Below are positions 1 through 10,919 of a DNA stretch of 64,000 nt, piece after piece. A model generated the notes under the pieces. That model saw only the letters and a list, made by a program, of their open reading frames with translations, was not told the DNA's origin and ran no database searches. Positions within the stretch are counted from its first letter, which is position 1, and each line of letters starts with the position of its first letter. Location of the stretch: the NCBI GenBank assembly GCA_047495785.1, contig JBLDXI010000020.1, forward strand, positions 744,001-808,000, written 5' to 3'. A program made the translations under genes and the position numbers. The stretch is from Lepidodermella squamata. Its lineage: Eukaryota; Animalia; Gastrotricha.

Positions 1-678
1 CCCTGCCGTGCGTGTTCTCTGTGGACCTATCTCTCTCTATCTCTCTACAACAAAATGATCGTTCGTTCGTCATGCGTTTGATTCTTTATAATAACGATAA
101 AGCTATATTCAAACAACAACAAAGTAAATCATAATAAAAGACGAAATCAATGTTGCGAAATCTACCTGTTTCTACTAAAAAAACCGTCGGAGAGTTTCGT
201 GATGAATACTACGTGAAATGAAGCTTTAAAAGCTTGATAAAGCCTGAGAATTTGGCGGCTTTTATAGGCCCGGTCCAGGAATCGGTGCCAGAGCGCCACG
301 TGGTCGCTCATAGAAGCACGCGACTCGAGAAAAAAATCGCAACATGACGCCATAAATTTGCAAAAAGTTGATTGTTGATACGCGTCTCGAATACGGTTAC
401 TGTTTGTTCATGCTTGTCTCCAGTAAAACAGATTCCATCGGAATTTCTGGAAACCGGACTTTCGAAATAGCCTATTTCGGCAGATTCACCAATGCGATTG
501 AAAATTTGATCACCGGCATCAAGGTATTTTTGGTGCATTTCAAGAAATTTACGGAATGAAAGCAGTTTCATTTGGCCCACGCATATTTATTTAATAATTA
601 GTCACCATTGTAATTATAATGAATTGTACAAGCTTGTAATTGAAATATTTAGAGGATGACTAGTCACGCGTCTATTGT

Positions 679-1230
679 TCAGTTAGACAAAAGCTCGAGT
701 TGAGCAGTCAGTTGAGCAGACGTAGCACTTTCACTGGTGTCGATCGCCAACAAAATGTTGCGAAAATCTGAGATGAGCTGGCCGATTTCTCGGTTCACGA
801 TATCAAGGTCAGCTTTCAGCGTGAAATACTCCACCGTATTTTCGCGATGCTCGGCGAGACACTTGTCAAACATGGGCGGAGCTCTCTGGTCCGTTTTCTC
901 AGCCGTCTTCAATTTAGATAAAATCTTCACGCAATCACCGTCGGCATTAGGCGCCATGATGTGAATGCGGGAGCAGAGATCAGCCAGTTGCAAAAATGAT
1001 AAATCGATGTGGTTGCGGAACTCCTGGATTCGAACCGTGCGCTCCTCCAAATTCCGCATAGTTTCATTAGCCGGGGTCTGGAAAAAATATCGTTAAAATT
1101 TGACTTGAAAACTTAACAAAAAATTGCATACAATTTGAAGTTGGTGAAGAAATCGCATCAAATCCGTTGTGATATTCAGCGAAATTTCCTGAGCCTTCGA
1201 GCACATGTCAGCCAGCGTTTGGTCAGGCAT
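679..1230 (-). CDS. Uncharacterised predicted helical/coiled-coil protein (2 exons)
   Basis: ATG at 1230 (MPDQTLADMC...). A GT..AG intron (GTATGC...TTCCAG, ~1078-1131) joins in frame to ORF 679-1059. No family recognised. Confidence 0.65.
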
Positions 1231-1375
1231 TTTTTAAATTACTAGAGAACAAATAAATAGATTTATTGCTTTTTGAGCCCAATAATAATTATCTATCACC
1301 CAACAACCAGTTGCATAGAAAGAGATTGCACAAGAAAGAACTAAATAGTCAACCTTTAAAAAACGAAAGCATCTT

Positions 1376-2802
1376 TTACCGTGTCATGGCAACAACATTT
1401 GGCAATTTTTTAAATCGATGTTTGATAGCAAGAAAATGATTATTTATAAAGGTAAAAATCCACGAAAATTGAGCTCCATAACGAGCGAACAGAGCGAATA
1501 AAACAGAAACAGCGATTCTTAACACCGCCAAATAGGCGATAGTTATATACCAAGAAACCACGCGGTAACGATCGCGGTTAAATAGGACAAACATGGTCAT
1601 GGTCATCGAGTTGCGATCAAGCAGGCCGAAAGTGTAACCCGTTGTTGGGGCTCGACTACCACCCAACCACCAGAGCTGCGAGAGATACGACACAGGTGGG
1701 ATGAGAATATGCGGCTGGGTTCCGCCACGGCCGCCTCCGTCAGTAGCACTCGGCAAGCGGAACGAGACTGAATCTAATTCATTTCTACAAATATGAATTC
1801 AATAAAATCTGATAAAAAAAAGGGTATTTTAGCTTACTCGAGAGTGACCCAACGCACTATTGGAGCTAGTGGCTGGCCTCCTGCTCCGAGGGTCAAACAG
1901 TTACTGCAAAGCATGATGCCGAAATCGGCCGAAACAGAAATCACAGCATGAGGTGCAAAGTCTCGAACAATTTCCACGCCCGCTTTACTGATGTAGCCAT
2001 TCATAGTTGAAACGGCGAAAATAGGATTGACAATCGGTTCTGCTTGCACGACAATTCGCAGCAAATCATCCAATTGATAGCCGTTCCTAACCGCCCGTTT
2101 TTCTTGCCGGCGCGATTGCGTGCAATTGACTTGTTTCGCAAAGTCATTCTCGCCATAAAAGTGACGCACTAAAAACTCGTCTTTGCCACTCGAACGCCCG
2201 GCGAAAATTTGGCAAGGCGGCGAAACGAGTTCTTCTCGGTGTAAAATATCAACAACATCCGGGCATTTCGGTCTGCAAGAATCACTGAGAAATATTCGGT
2301 CATTATCGTTTAGAAACATTGCCATTTCAGCTTCGTCAGGTAAATGATCACGGTTAAAAATTCGTAAAAATCTCCGAATTATGTCCTCTCGTAAGTTTGT
2401 AATGTAAGAAAGTGGGAAAATGCTTCCGACAAACACGATCAAATTAGGTTTTACGAGATCGACAGCATCCGTGAATCCTTGAGCGAGGAAGCGATCCAAA
2501 TCCCTTTGATACCAAGAATCATCGCCAAGAAGATCTACGCTGCCCATGAATAGGATCCTCGACACGTCAGGTCTATCATCCAACGCCAATTTGTCAACTC
2601 TTCGCGCCCATTCTTGCCGAGTTTTATTGGGGATGAGAACTTCGCCTATTAAACCAGCCGCAATTGCAGCAATTATGAGGTAAATAGGTCGGTAAAACAG
2701 CAAGATCCCGCCCAAGTTACATGTGAACTCCAGGTATTGCTCGTAACGTATTGAGCGGGCTCTTTCAACAAATCTTCCAATGCTTAAATCAACATTAAAC
2801 AT
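1376..2802 (-). CDS. MPPE1/PGAP5 (Cdc1/Ted1)-like metallophosphoesterase paralog 1, degenerate active site
   Basis: ORF 1834-2805 plus ORF 1376-1756, joined by phase-2 GT-AG intron 1785-1837. Shows an N-terminal TM, 'DLDRFLAQGFTDAVDLVKPNLIVFVGSIF', 'P..VIS', 'HILIPPVSY' and a C-terminal TM, matching the MPPE1 layout. Confidence 0.75.
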
Positions 2803-2946
2803 CAAATAATTTTCTCTATTTGAAAATTTTTATAAAAAATCAGTGATTTTATATAATAAAATTTCTATTTCTACGATAGAAAGATTGCACATCCGAGGCT
2901 TATAGTGCTTGGCAAGACAGAGATTTGAAAGAAAGTGCGGCGAATA

Positions 2947-4413
2947 TCAACAATAATTTGAGTATTTTTGATAGCATTTCGAATAAATAATAAATTTGAT
3001 GCGAGCAAATAAATTGCACGAAATTTTGAAGTGGTGGAAAGCTCTGTATAAAATTGCGACCGTCACACGGTATATCGAAAGGTAGACGAGCAGTGAGTAA
3101 AACCATAGAATATACGAACGATTGTAGTTCCAAAACACGAAATAGGTCATCGTAGACGCAGCTGGGTCAAGGATGCCGAACGCGAAGCCAGGCCGCGCCC
3201 AGTCCGGCCGGCCGCTCAGCAAGTAGGGAAATTTTGCGTGATATGACGCAGGAGGTACATTGAGGTGCGGCTGCGAGCCGCCTCGAGCGTCCACCGGTGA
3301 TTGAATCCGAAAAGTGATCGGTTTGAAACCAGGTCTGTAGATGAAACAGATTTTCAGTGTATGATGAAATTTTTTATTAACTCACTTGAGCTTCATCCAA
3401 GAAAGTTGAAGAGGCATCGCATTAGAGCCCATAATTGTGCAACCCTTGCAGAATACCAAAGCCGACTCCGCCCCTCGTGTTGATATCACCAAATTTGGGG
3501 CGAAACCTTGAATTTTTGACAACGGGTAATCGTAGAGTGGGTACTGAAGGCCGTGATCAGTATCAGCCTCGCTATTCAACGGCCGAATAATTGGGGTCAA
3601 TTCCAGTAAAATTTTCAAAGGCGAATTCGGTTCGAATTCGTAGGGCAACAGTTCATGCTTCGAAGAGTGGTTGAATTGGCAAACTTTTCCTAGAGCACTG
3701 TTGTCGAAGTTACCATCATAACGACGCAATAGTAAATCTCTCGAAATTCCAGGAAATTTCAATCTTCGACACGGCGGTGAAGCCAGCTTGTTTTTAAATA
3801 AATGATTTATCATTTCAGTGCAATCAGGTTTGCAACCATTTTGAAGTAGCATATCATCGAGTTCACTTTGAACAATAACGAATTGAGCTTTTCCATTAGC
3901 AAATGTATCACTGGCTTTGAAAATGCTATCATAGCGTTTTAACAAGGCGTCGATTTGGCTGCGTGAAACAAAATCAGCAGTCGGTGCAAACAAATCGCCG
4001 AGGGACATGATCAAATTAGGCTGGACCAAATCGACAGCTTCCGAGTAACTCCTCCTTAAATATCGGTCTGAATCGTATTGTTGCATACTCTCGTGTGTAT
4101 ATAGCTCAGTGGCACCTATGAACATTATCCGGATGGTACCAGGCTTATTCAGCTTGTCCTCTACATGTTTCAAGGTGTCTATCCACCCTAACCGAATCAA
4201 CCCTGGAAGAAAGATTTCACCGAATAAGACACCGAATACTGTGAATACGACGAAATAGCTTGGCACGAAAAATACCAGACGGCTGATGAGAGGGAGTAAA
4301 GTGCTCCTACAGAGCCGTTTGAATTGCACGCGCCTTTGCTCCGAAATGAAGAACTTATGACACAGCCATTTAGAACACGGTTGCAAATTTGGTTGCCATT
4401 TCAACTGGAGCAT
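2947..4413 (-). CDS. MPPE1/PGAP5-like paralog 2, degenerate active site
   Basis: ORF 3382-4413 plus ORF 2947-3294, joined by phase-2 intron 3335-3385 at the same position as in paralog 1. Motif 'DSDRYLRRSYSEAVDLVQPNLIMSLGDLF'. Confidence 0.75.
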
Positions 4414-4652
4414 GTAAACTGCTCAATTTTTAAAGTTCTACAAATACGTGTCTGATATAATATAGTAACCTCCAAAAACAAGTGCAACCAAACCCAATGT
4501 TAGATTCGTTTCAAATTTATTTATATAAAATTGTCAAAATTAATTAGCGTAAAAATTGGTAAAATTATGCAAAGGCGATTAGAAAGACCAGTTAACCACA
4601 TGTGAAGTCAGCAGATTTAATAAAATAAGTGCAGTTAAAGCGTGAAACGAGA

Positions 4653-6070
4653 TTATTTACGAAATTTACGTAAAAATTGGCGGAAGGATTGTCCAATGAA
4701 ATTAGCAGCATGATTAACCTGGCTATGGTACCGAGCATGAGCCAAGGCAATTAAATATAGAAATGTGCGAATTAGCGTTATGATGATAAATATCTCATAA
4801 AACACTATAACAGCTCGCCGATTGTGATTCCATAACACCACATAAGTTAGCAACTTATTCTCAACGTCGATAAAGAAGACAGGATACCCGGAGCCTTCCA
4901 TGGATGGGGCGTGGTAAGTGACTGGTGGAATGCTAATGTGGGCTTGTGGTCCACCTCGACCTCCACCATCGGTCGGAGAAGGCAGCCTGAACGTCATAGG
5001 AGGGTCGTATTTTCTAAAATAAACAAATAATTATTAAAATTCCGAAAAAAATCAAATTCTAACCTTATTGACAACCATTGGACGTTCGGTACCAACGGCT
5101 GACCTCCAGCTCCAAGGGTTAAGCAGTTGGAGCAAAATAATATTCCGTGCATGTAACTTCGAGATGAGATGCTAAATTGTGGTGCGAAATCTCGCACAAG
5201 CGCGATGGCACTTGAATCCAAGTATGAGCCTCCCATAAATGGCGACATTGGCATCCAAACAACGAGCGGAAAATGGCTTAGCAGAAGTCGAACAGATTTT
5301 TCATTTGAGTCGTCCGCCCTGCAGTTAGGATCGAACGCGCTAGATGGATCACGATAGTGCCGAGCTAACAAGGTTTTGTTTCGAAACCATCGACATGATA
5401 ATGATTCAGAAACTTTCGGCATAAACAGATTCTTTATAGCCGGCGGACATTCTGGATTACACGACCCTGATAGTTGAGCAATGTCAAATTCTCCCAAAAA
5501 TAAAGATATTGAGACACCAGACGCTGTTAATCTCTCAATTTGAAAAATATCCATAAAACGAAGCACAATCGTTTCCAAGAATTTCGGGCTTGACCACGTG
5601 TCGATTTGAAATATATCTCCGTTGGAAATAATCCAACTTGGCTGAATAATGTTGACGGCACTAGCAAAGGTTTGCGCAATGAAGCGATCGGAATCCCATC
5701 GAGCCAGCGCGCCAATAAGTCCATCGTCATATCTATCAACCATGCCGATACTTCCCAGAACCAAAACTCTAATTATCTTGCTCGCATTGTTGTTATTCTT
5801 CGTTGCAATCTCGGCGTCACTGATGCGACGAGCCCATTGACTTTTGGCTTGGTAAGGCACGGCTATTTCTCCAATCACCAGTAAAAGCGTTGCAAATACC
5901 AATAACAGCCAGGGTCGAAAAAATAAGCATTTAGCTATAAATTGTCCAATCAAAGATACAACTGTCAAGATATGTGGCTGGGAAACTTTTGCCCATTTTT
6001 GATAATTATAATTAGACCACCAAATCTTCATTAATGTGTCTCTATATAACAGAAAGTAAGATGCAAACAT
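4653..6070 (-). CDS. MPPE1/PGAP5-like paralog 3, degenerate active site
   Basis: ORF 4994-6070 plus ORF 4653-4997, joined by phase-2 intron 5014-5063 (IR|KYDPPMTFRLP). Motifs 'WDSDRFIAQTFASAV...NGDIF', 'GEFDI', 'LLLSHFPL'. Confidence 0.78.
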
Positions 6071-6402
6071 GCAACAATAGAAAACATTTCGAATTTCGAA
6101 TTCTCATCGTTCCCAGCGTTCACTCAATTGGCATAGGTCAAGAATTACCATAGATTCGTCTATGCCAAGCACCTGATTCTCTGCTTTGGCAACGGGGACG
6201 GCACAACAAATATTCGGGCGATGACCCAGTATTCCTCCTTCTTAAAGCTGCTCGAAGTCTCGTTTTTTAAAGTTTCGCCGGAAAGAAGTACCCGATATTA
6301 TAAAAAATTATCAAAGTAATAGTCAGCTCATTGAATTCTAAACAATTTTAGGATTTTAACATATTTTGTATGTCATACTTTTTAAAACAACCTTGAGATT
6401 CC

Positions 6403-6418
6403 GGCGCGCAATTTTGAA
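6403..6418 (+). promoter_or_regulatory. CDE/CHR-type (DREAM/E2F) cell-cycle element
   Basis: GGCGCG-CAAT-TTTGAA: a GC-rich CDE, a 4-nt spacer and a canonical CHR, ~445 nt upstream of the RAD51 ATG in the same orientation. Confidence 0.5.
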
Positions 6419-6863
6419 ACCTAGTAAACGCGGGGCGAGTTATGGGAGATATAGCCTTTTGGTTCCTTTTCGGGCCCTGGAAATCAAGTGAAGCGACAAG
6501 GCCTGCTTTTTAACGTTGAAATTCAACAACCAACAACAATCTTTAGTTATGCAATGACTGAGCTACAGTTAGTTTGAATGTTGAATAGTGCTTCAACTAG
6601 CCTTCAGAGCTGCGTCATGTTTCTAAATTGCACTTCTACTTGATGAAGAGCTCAACATACTTATGCTACTTGGGCACTGGGGAATGTCATCTTTTTGATA
6701 CATTCTATACTCTATGTTTACTTATTACTAAAATGACCAGTCAACGGTTACTTGATCCTTAGTCAGTTTTGTGAGGTTCATTGATGCCATCCAACAACCT
6801 CTTAAATCGGCTTGTTATATTACGAACTCCTAGGCATCCTTCTGATTAAGGTAGTTTTTTATC

Positions 6864-7910
6864 ATGTCCAAAACCAAGCAGAAGCCTGCGGCTGTGGAAG
6901 CTGCTCCTGTCGCTAATGTGATGGAAGCGGAGGAAGAGGCAGGAACGTCAGCTCTTCCGATATCCACGCTGGAGAAATATGGCATATCCGCAGCTGACGT
7001 AAAAAAACTGCAAGAGGCCGGTCTTCACACTGTTGATGCTGTTGCGTATACGCCAAAGAAACAGTTGATAACATTGAAGGGTATCAGCGAAGCGAAAGCT
7101 GACAAAATTTTAGCAGAGGCGCAGAAGTTAGCGTCTATGGGTTTCACAACAGCTACTGAGATACACACTCGACGAGCTTCAATGGTGAAAATTACTACCG
7201 GATCGAAAGAACTTGATCGTTTACTTGCTGGTGGTTTTGAAACGGGATCAATCACTGAGATGTTTGGCGAATTTCGCACCGGAAAGACTCAGCTGTGTCA
7301 TACACTCTGCGTCACGTGCCAATTACCTCTGGAGAACGGTGGCGGAGAGGGCAAAGCCATGTACATTGACACTGAAGGTACTTTTCGCCCGGAGCGTATC
7401 TTGCCTATTGCTCAGCGATTTGGCTTGAATGGAGAAGAAGTAATGGACAACATTGCTGTTGCTCGAGCCTATAATTCCGACCATCAAACACAGCTTCTTA
7501 TCGATGCTGCTGGGATGATGGCCGAATCTCACTACGCTGTTCTGATAGTTGATTCGGCTACTGCTCTGTATCGTACTGACTATTCTGGTCGTGGTGAATT
7601 ATCAGCTCGTCAGATACATTTGGCCCGTTTCATGCGCATGCTCTTGCGTTTGGCTGATGAGTATGGCATCGCCGTTGTGATCACGAACCAAGTCGTCGCT
7701 ATGGTTGACGGAGCTGCCATGTTTCAAGCAAACCCTACGAAACCGATTGGCGGTAACATAATGGCTCACGCTTCAACGACGAGACTTTCATTGAGAAAAG
7801 GTCGTGGCGAAACTCGCATCTGCAAGGTTTACGACTCCCCCTGCTTGCCCGAAGAAGAAGCTACTTTCGCTATCACGACCGAAGGCATTGATGACGCCAA
7901 GGATGCTTGA
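6864..7910 (+). CDS. RAD51: DNA repair recombinase RAD51 (intronless CDS)
   Basis: 348 aa. Walker [53 protein letters not shown] polymerisation motif. Confidence 0.98.
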   Translation: MSKTKQKPAAVEAAPVANVMEAEEEAGTSALPISTLEKYGISAADVKKLQEAGLHTVDAVAYTPKKQLITLKGISEAKADKILAEAQKLASMGFTTATEIHTRRASMVKITTGSKELDRLLAGGFETGSITEMFGEFRTGKTQLCHTLCVTCQLPLENGGGEGKAMYIDTEGTFRPERILPIAQRFGLNGEEVMDNIAVARAYNSDHQTQLLIDAAGMMAESHYAVLIVDSATALYRTDYSGRGELSARQIHLARFMRMLLRLADEYGIAVVITNQVVAMVDGAAMFQANPTKPIGGNIMAHASTTRLSLRKGRGETRICKVYDSPCLPEEEATFAITTEGIDDAKDA

Positions 7911-8173
7911 ATCTTGGTTCACAATTCTCAATCAAATGTACTGACTGCAGAATTCTGACATTTTCTTAAATCATTTTGTAACACGCGACCCTAGTTAATT
8001 TGTATGCAAAATCCTCTTGATCTAACATAACATGTGCAGAACGGTGATCAATAATTTTGGCATTGATAGCTCTCATAGCCATTAGCTGAATAATTATCAA
8101 TATCTTTGTTGCAATCTAAAGAAGTAAACGATTGATGATTATTTTTTTGTGATGCTAGGGTTAATTTTTTCTT

Positions 8174-10717
8174 ATGGACGGTCCGAAAAATTCCCCCCTG
8201 AGCCCAGCAAATCGCGCAACAACCAAAGGCGGGCCTCTCGACCGATTCTTGTTTCGCGGAAAGCCTCCATCCAATGAAAAGCCTCAAAAGGCGAAAGCTA
8301 TAGGTAATTTTTATATAATTGCATGGTATCTTGATCAATGTACATTCATTTCAGACCCTGAGGTGATCGTACCAGACACAACTGACTGCATCGACATCTG
8401 CAGTAGTGGTTCATCTTCATCTGCTCAAACCAATCTCAAGCCAGTAGTCATCGAGGAGACAATGGCCGAAGCTGATAAGAGTGACGACGATCAGTTGAAG
8501 ACCAGTTTTACTGTTTCAGATTCTTCGAGCGAATCTTCCCGAGAAAATGACGAAGACGGTGATAGCAAAACTTCAGGAAAACGAAGCGCCCTCGGCGTTA
8601 AAACTGAGGCTAGTTTGACGATGTCCGCGCAGAAAAAGCGTCGGAGGCTAAGCCTGGATGAGAAAAAGGCTCGTGAGGCTGAAATGGAGCGTAAAAAAGC
8701 CGAACGTGAAGAAAAGCGCAAGGAAAAAGAGCGACAAAAGCAAGAGTTGGAGAACATCAAGAAAGAACGAATGGAAGCCCGACAACGCAAAATCGAAGCT
8801 TTAAAACAGGCTGAGGCTGAGCGGGAGGAGAAGCGTAAGCAAGCCGAACTTGAGCGAGAGGAGAAGCGGAAGCAAGCTGAAATCGAAAAGGAGGAAAAGC
8901 GCAAAGCAGCCGAGCGCGAAAAGGAGGAGAAAAGAAAACAAAGAGAGCTGGAACGGCAATCGGCTGAAGAGGCTAAACGCCGAAAAATGGAAGAGGAACA
9001 GGCTAAAAAGTCGAAGGCAGCCGAGCTCTTCAAGAAGCATTTCTTTGTTGTTCAAGGTTTGAGCATGAAATGATACGGAATAAATTAAAACATAATTATT
9101 TTTGTAGGAAAAGACAAAGATTCCGCTGCTGATTCGGCCGATACTAATTACAAGTCATTCGGACCGTGGAAGATGTTTCAACTCCGCCCTAATCAACGCC
9201 TAGCTCCGATTTGTCGCCTGGCTCACGATCAGCGCGAATCTGCCAAGGCGTCGTTGGACAAATTTATTGTAGAAAGAGATGAAGACGCCACAATGGATCA
9301 AGAAATGGAGACGGACAAGCCGGAGAATCTATTCCTCGAATACAAGAAAGGTGCACGCCGCTTCAGATCATCAGCTCCGACTTATCCGAAGCCGGAAATT
9401 GAAGTCATTCAGTTGGATGAAAATCACAACAAATCGATTATGAAAGCGAAATTGCTGCAATTCACCGAAGATATCCGCCCACCTTATTTCGGAACCTGGC
9501 GCAAAACTAGCCGATTTATTAGCGCTCGCAAGCCTTTTGGCCAAGATACGGTAAGGTTTACCTGTAATTCCTTGCTTGGAAACTAATATTTTTCGAATTT
9601 CAGGGCACCTTCGATTACGAATGTGATAGTGCTGCCGATTGGGAAGAACCTGAAGATGGCGAGGACATATTGAGCAGCTCGAAAGAAAGCGGCGAAGAAG
9701 ATACTGATGTGAGTTGTAGTTGCATCGAAAATGTATCAAATTGATCTGAATTTGATTTCAGGTTGACAAAGGCTCCGATGATGAAGAAGATGGCTTCATC
9801 GTTCCTCATGGTTACCTTTCAACGGACGAAGAAGAGGCCCGCGAAGAGGAGGAGCAACAAAATGTAAGAACTTAACTAATCTCTTTGACATCCTGTAGCT
9901 ATACTTGATGATTTATCAGCTGCCTCCAAGCGATTTGAAGGTTAAAAACCGTATTCAAGATTCGTACGAGCTTGGTTTCAAGAAACTAGGAAAATCGCTT
10001 CGACCTGTGTTTTTCGGCCCTGACCTGGTCGATAGCGGCCGGCCTCTTCCCGTCGATCTCAATCAGTTTCAGCCGGTTTTCTACGACCCGATCCCAATCG
10101 ACTGCGAGGCACTTCTTTGCGGCGAGGTCGTCATCATCGACCCGGAGGTTTTAGCCAAAGAACAGGCGATGAATGCCGAGAAGGGCGATTCGGCTGTTCC
10201 GAACGAAGGTGGAATTTCTTCGAAGAAAAGTAAGCTATCGAAAGAGGCGGATGGCAGCGGTACGCCGGGTCAGCCGTCGAAAATTCACAAGAAACCGGTG
10301 CCTGAGGAGGGCTACCCGGCTTTGATTCGCTTTATCCACGGCAATTCAGCTGGCATTGGTCGTTTGATCGACGGTTTCATCGCCGCGTTCGCGCAAGAAC
10401 CGGTGATTGGCTGCGAGGTTTCGAAGCGACAAGTCGAGCGGCAGATTTTCGCCATTGCCGAGCGGACTGTTAAGCCGGAGAAGTACCCCACCGCATGCTG
10501 GTACGTTCGCGACGATATTCTGGCTAAATACAACCTATCAGACCTGCCGGTGCCTAACATGGCCCACGCGCCCTCTCCTGCCCCGAAACGCCAGCGGAAA
10601 GCTGGGAAAACCGGTGATGATGCTACTAAAGCGGCTTGCTGCCCGTCAACGCCCACCACGCCGGCTGCCCAGGCGGCTTTCTCGAAAACGCCGAAAGCCG
10701 CTGACATGAACCCGTGA
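8174..10717 (+). CDS. CHAF1A: Chromatin assembly factor 1 subunit A (p150), 6 exons
   Basis: KER-rich helix, 'KAKLLQF..DIRPPYFGTW', 'DYECDSAADWEEPEDGE', 'DGFIVPHGYLS' and a C-terminal winged helix ('SKRQVERQI...CWYV'). Five GT-AG introns join the ORF pieces in frame. Confidence 0.92.
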
Positions 10718-10919
10718 AACAAACTGTTCTTGTTTTAAATTTTCTCTCATATTAACGACAATATATAGGCTCATTTTCTCGGGTGGTGATGTGAAAAGTG
10801 CGAAAATCGCCAAATGTTTTTATACAGATGTGATGCTTATTGAGCGCTTCGAACGTCGGTTTTCTTTTTATTGTTCGCTGAAAGGCTTTGCATTCATCAA
10901 GATGACAGATGAATAAAAA

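Noticed and set aside
1376-4997. Small ORFs 1376-1756, 2947-3294 and 4653-4997 as separate partner genes (4653-4997 overlaps the upstream stop like bacterial coupling)
   Set aside because: Each is exon 2 of the adjacent MPPE1-like gene, joined by a canonical phase-2 intron at the same position.
6128-6168. 9-bp inverted repeat TTGGCATAG/CTATGCCAA as an ncRNA hairpin
   Set aside because: Short stem, large loop and no recognisable RNA family motifs.
6450-6495. U2 snRNA-like words (GCCTTTTGG...ATCAAGTG)
   Set aside because: Spacing is wrong, and the GTAGTA branch-pairing sequence and Sm site are missing.
8491-9055. Long antisense ORFs over CHAF1A
   Set aside because: Shadow frames of the low-complexity KER region.
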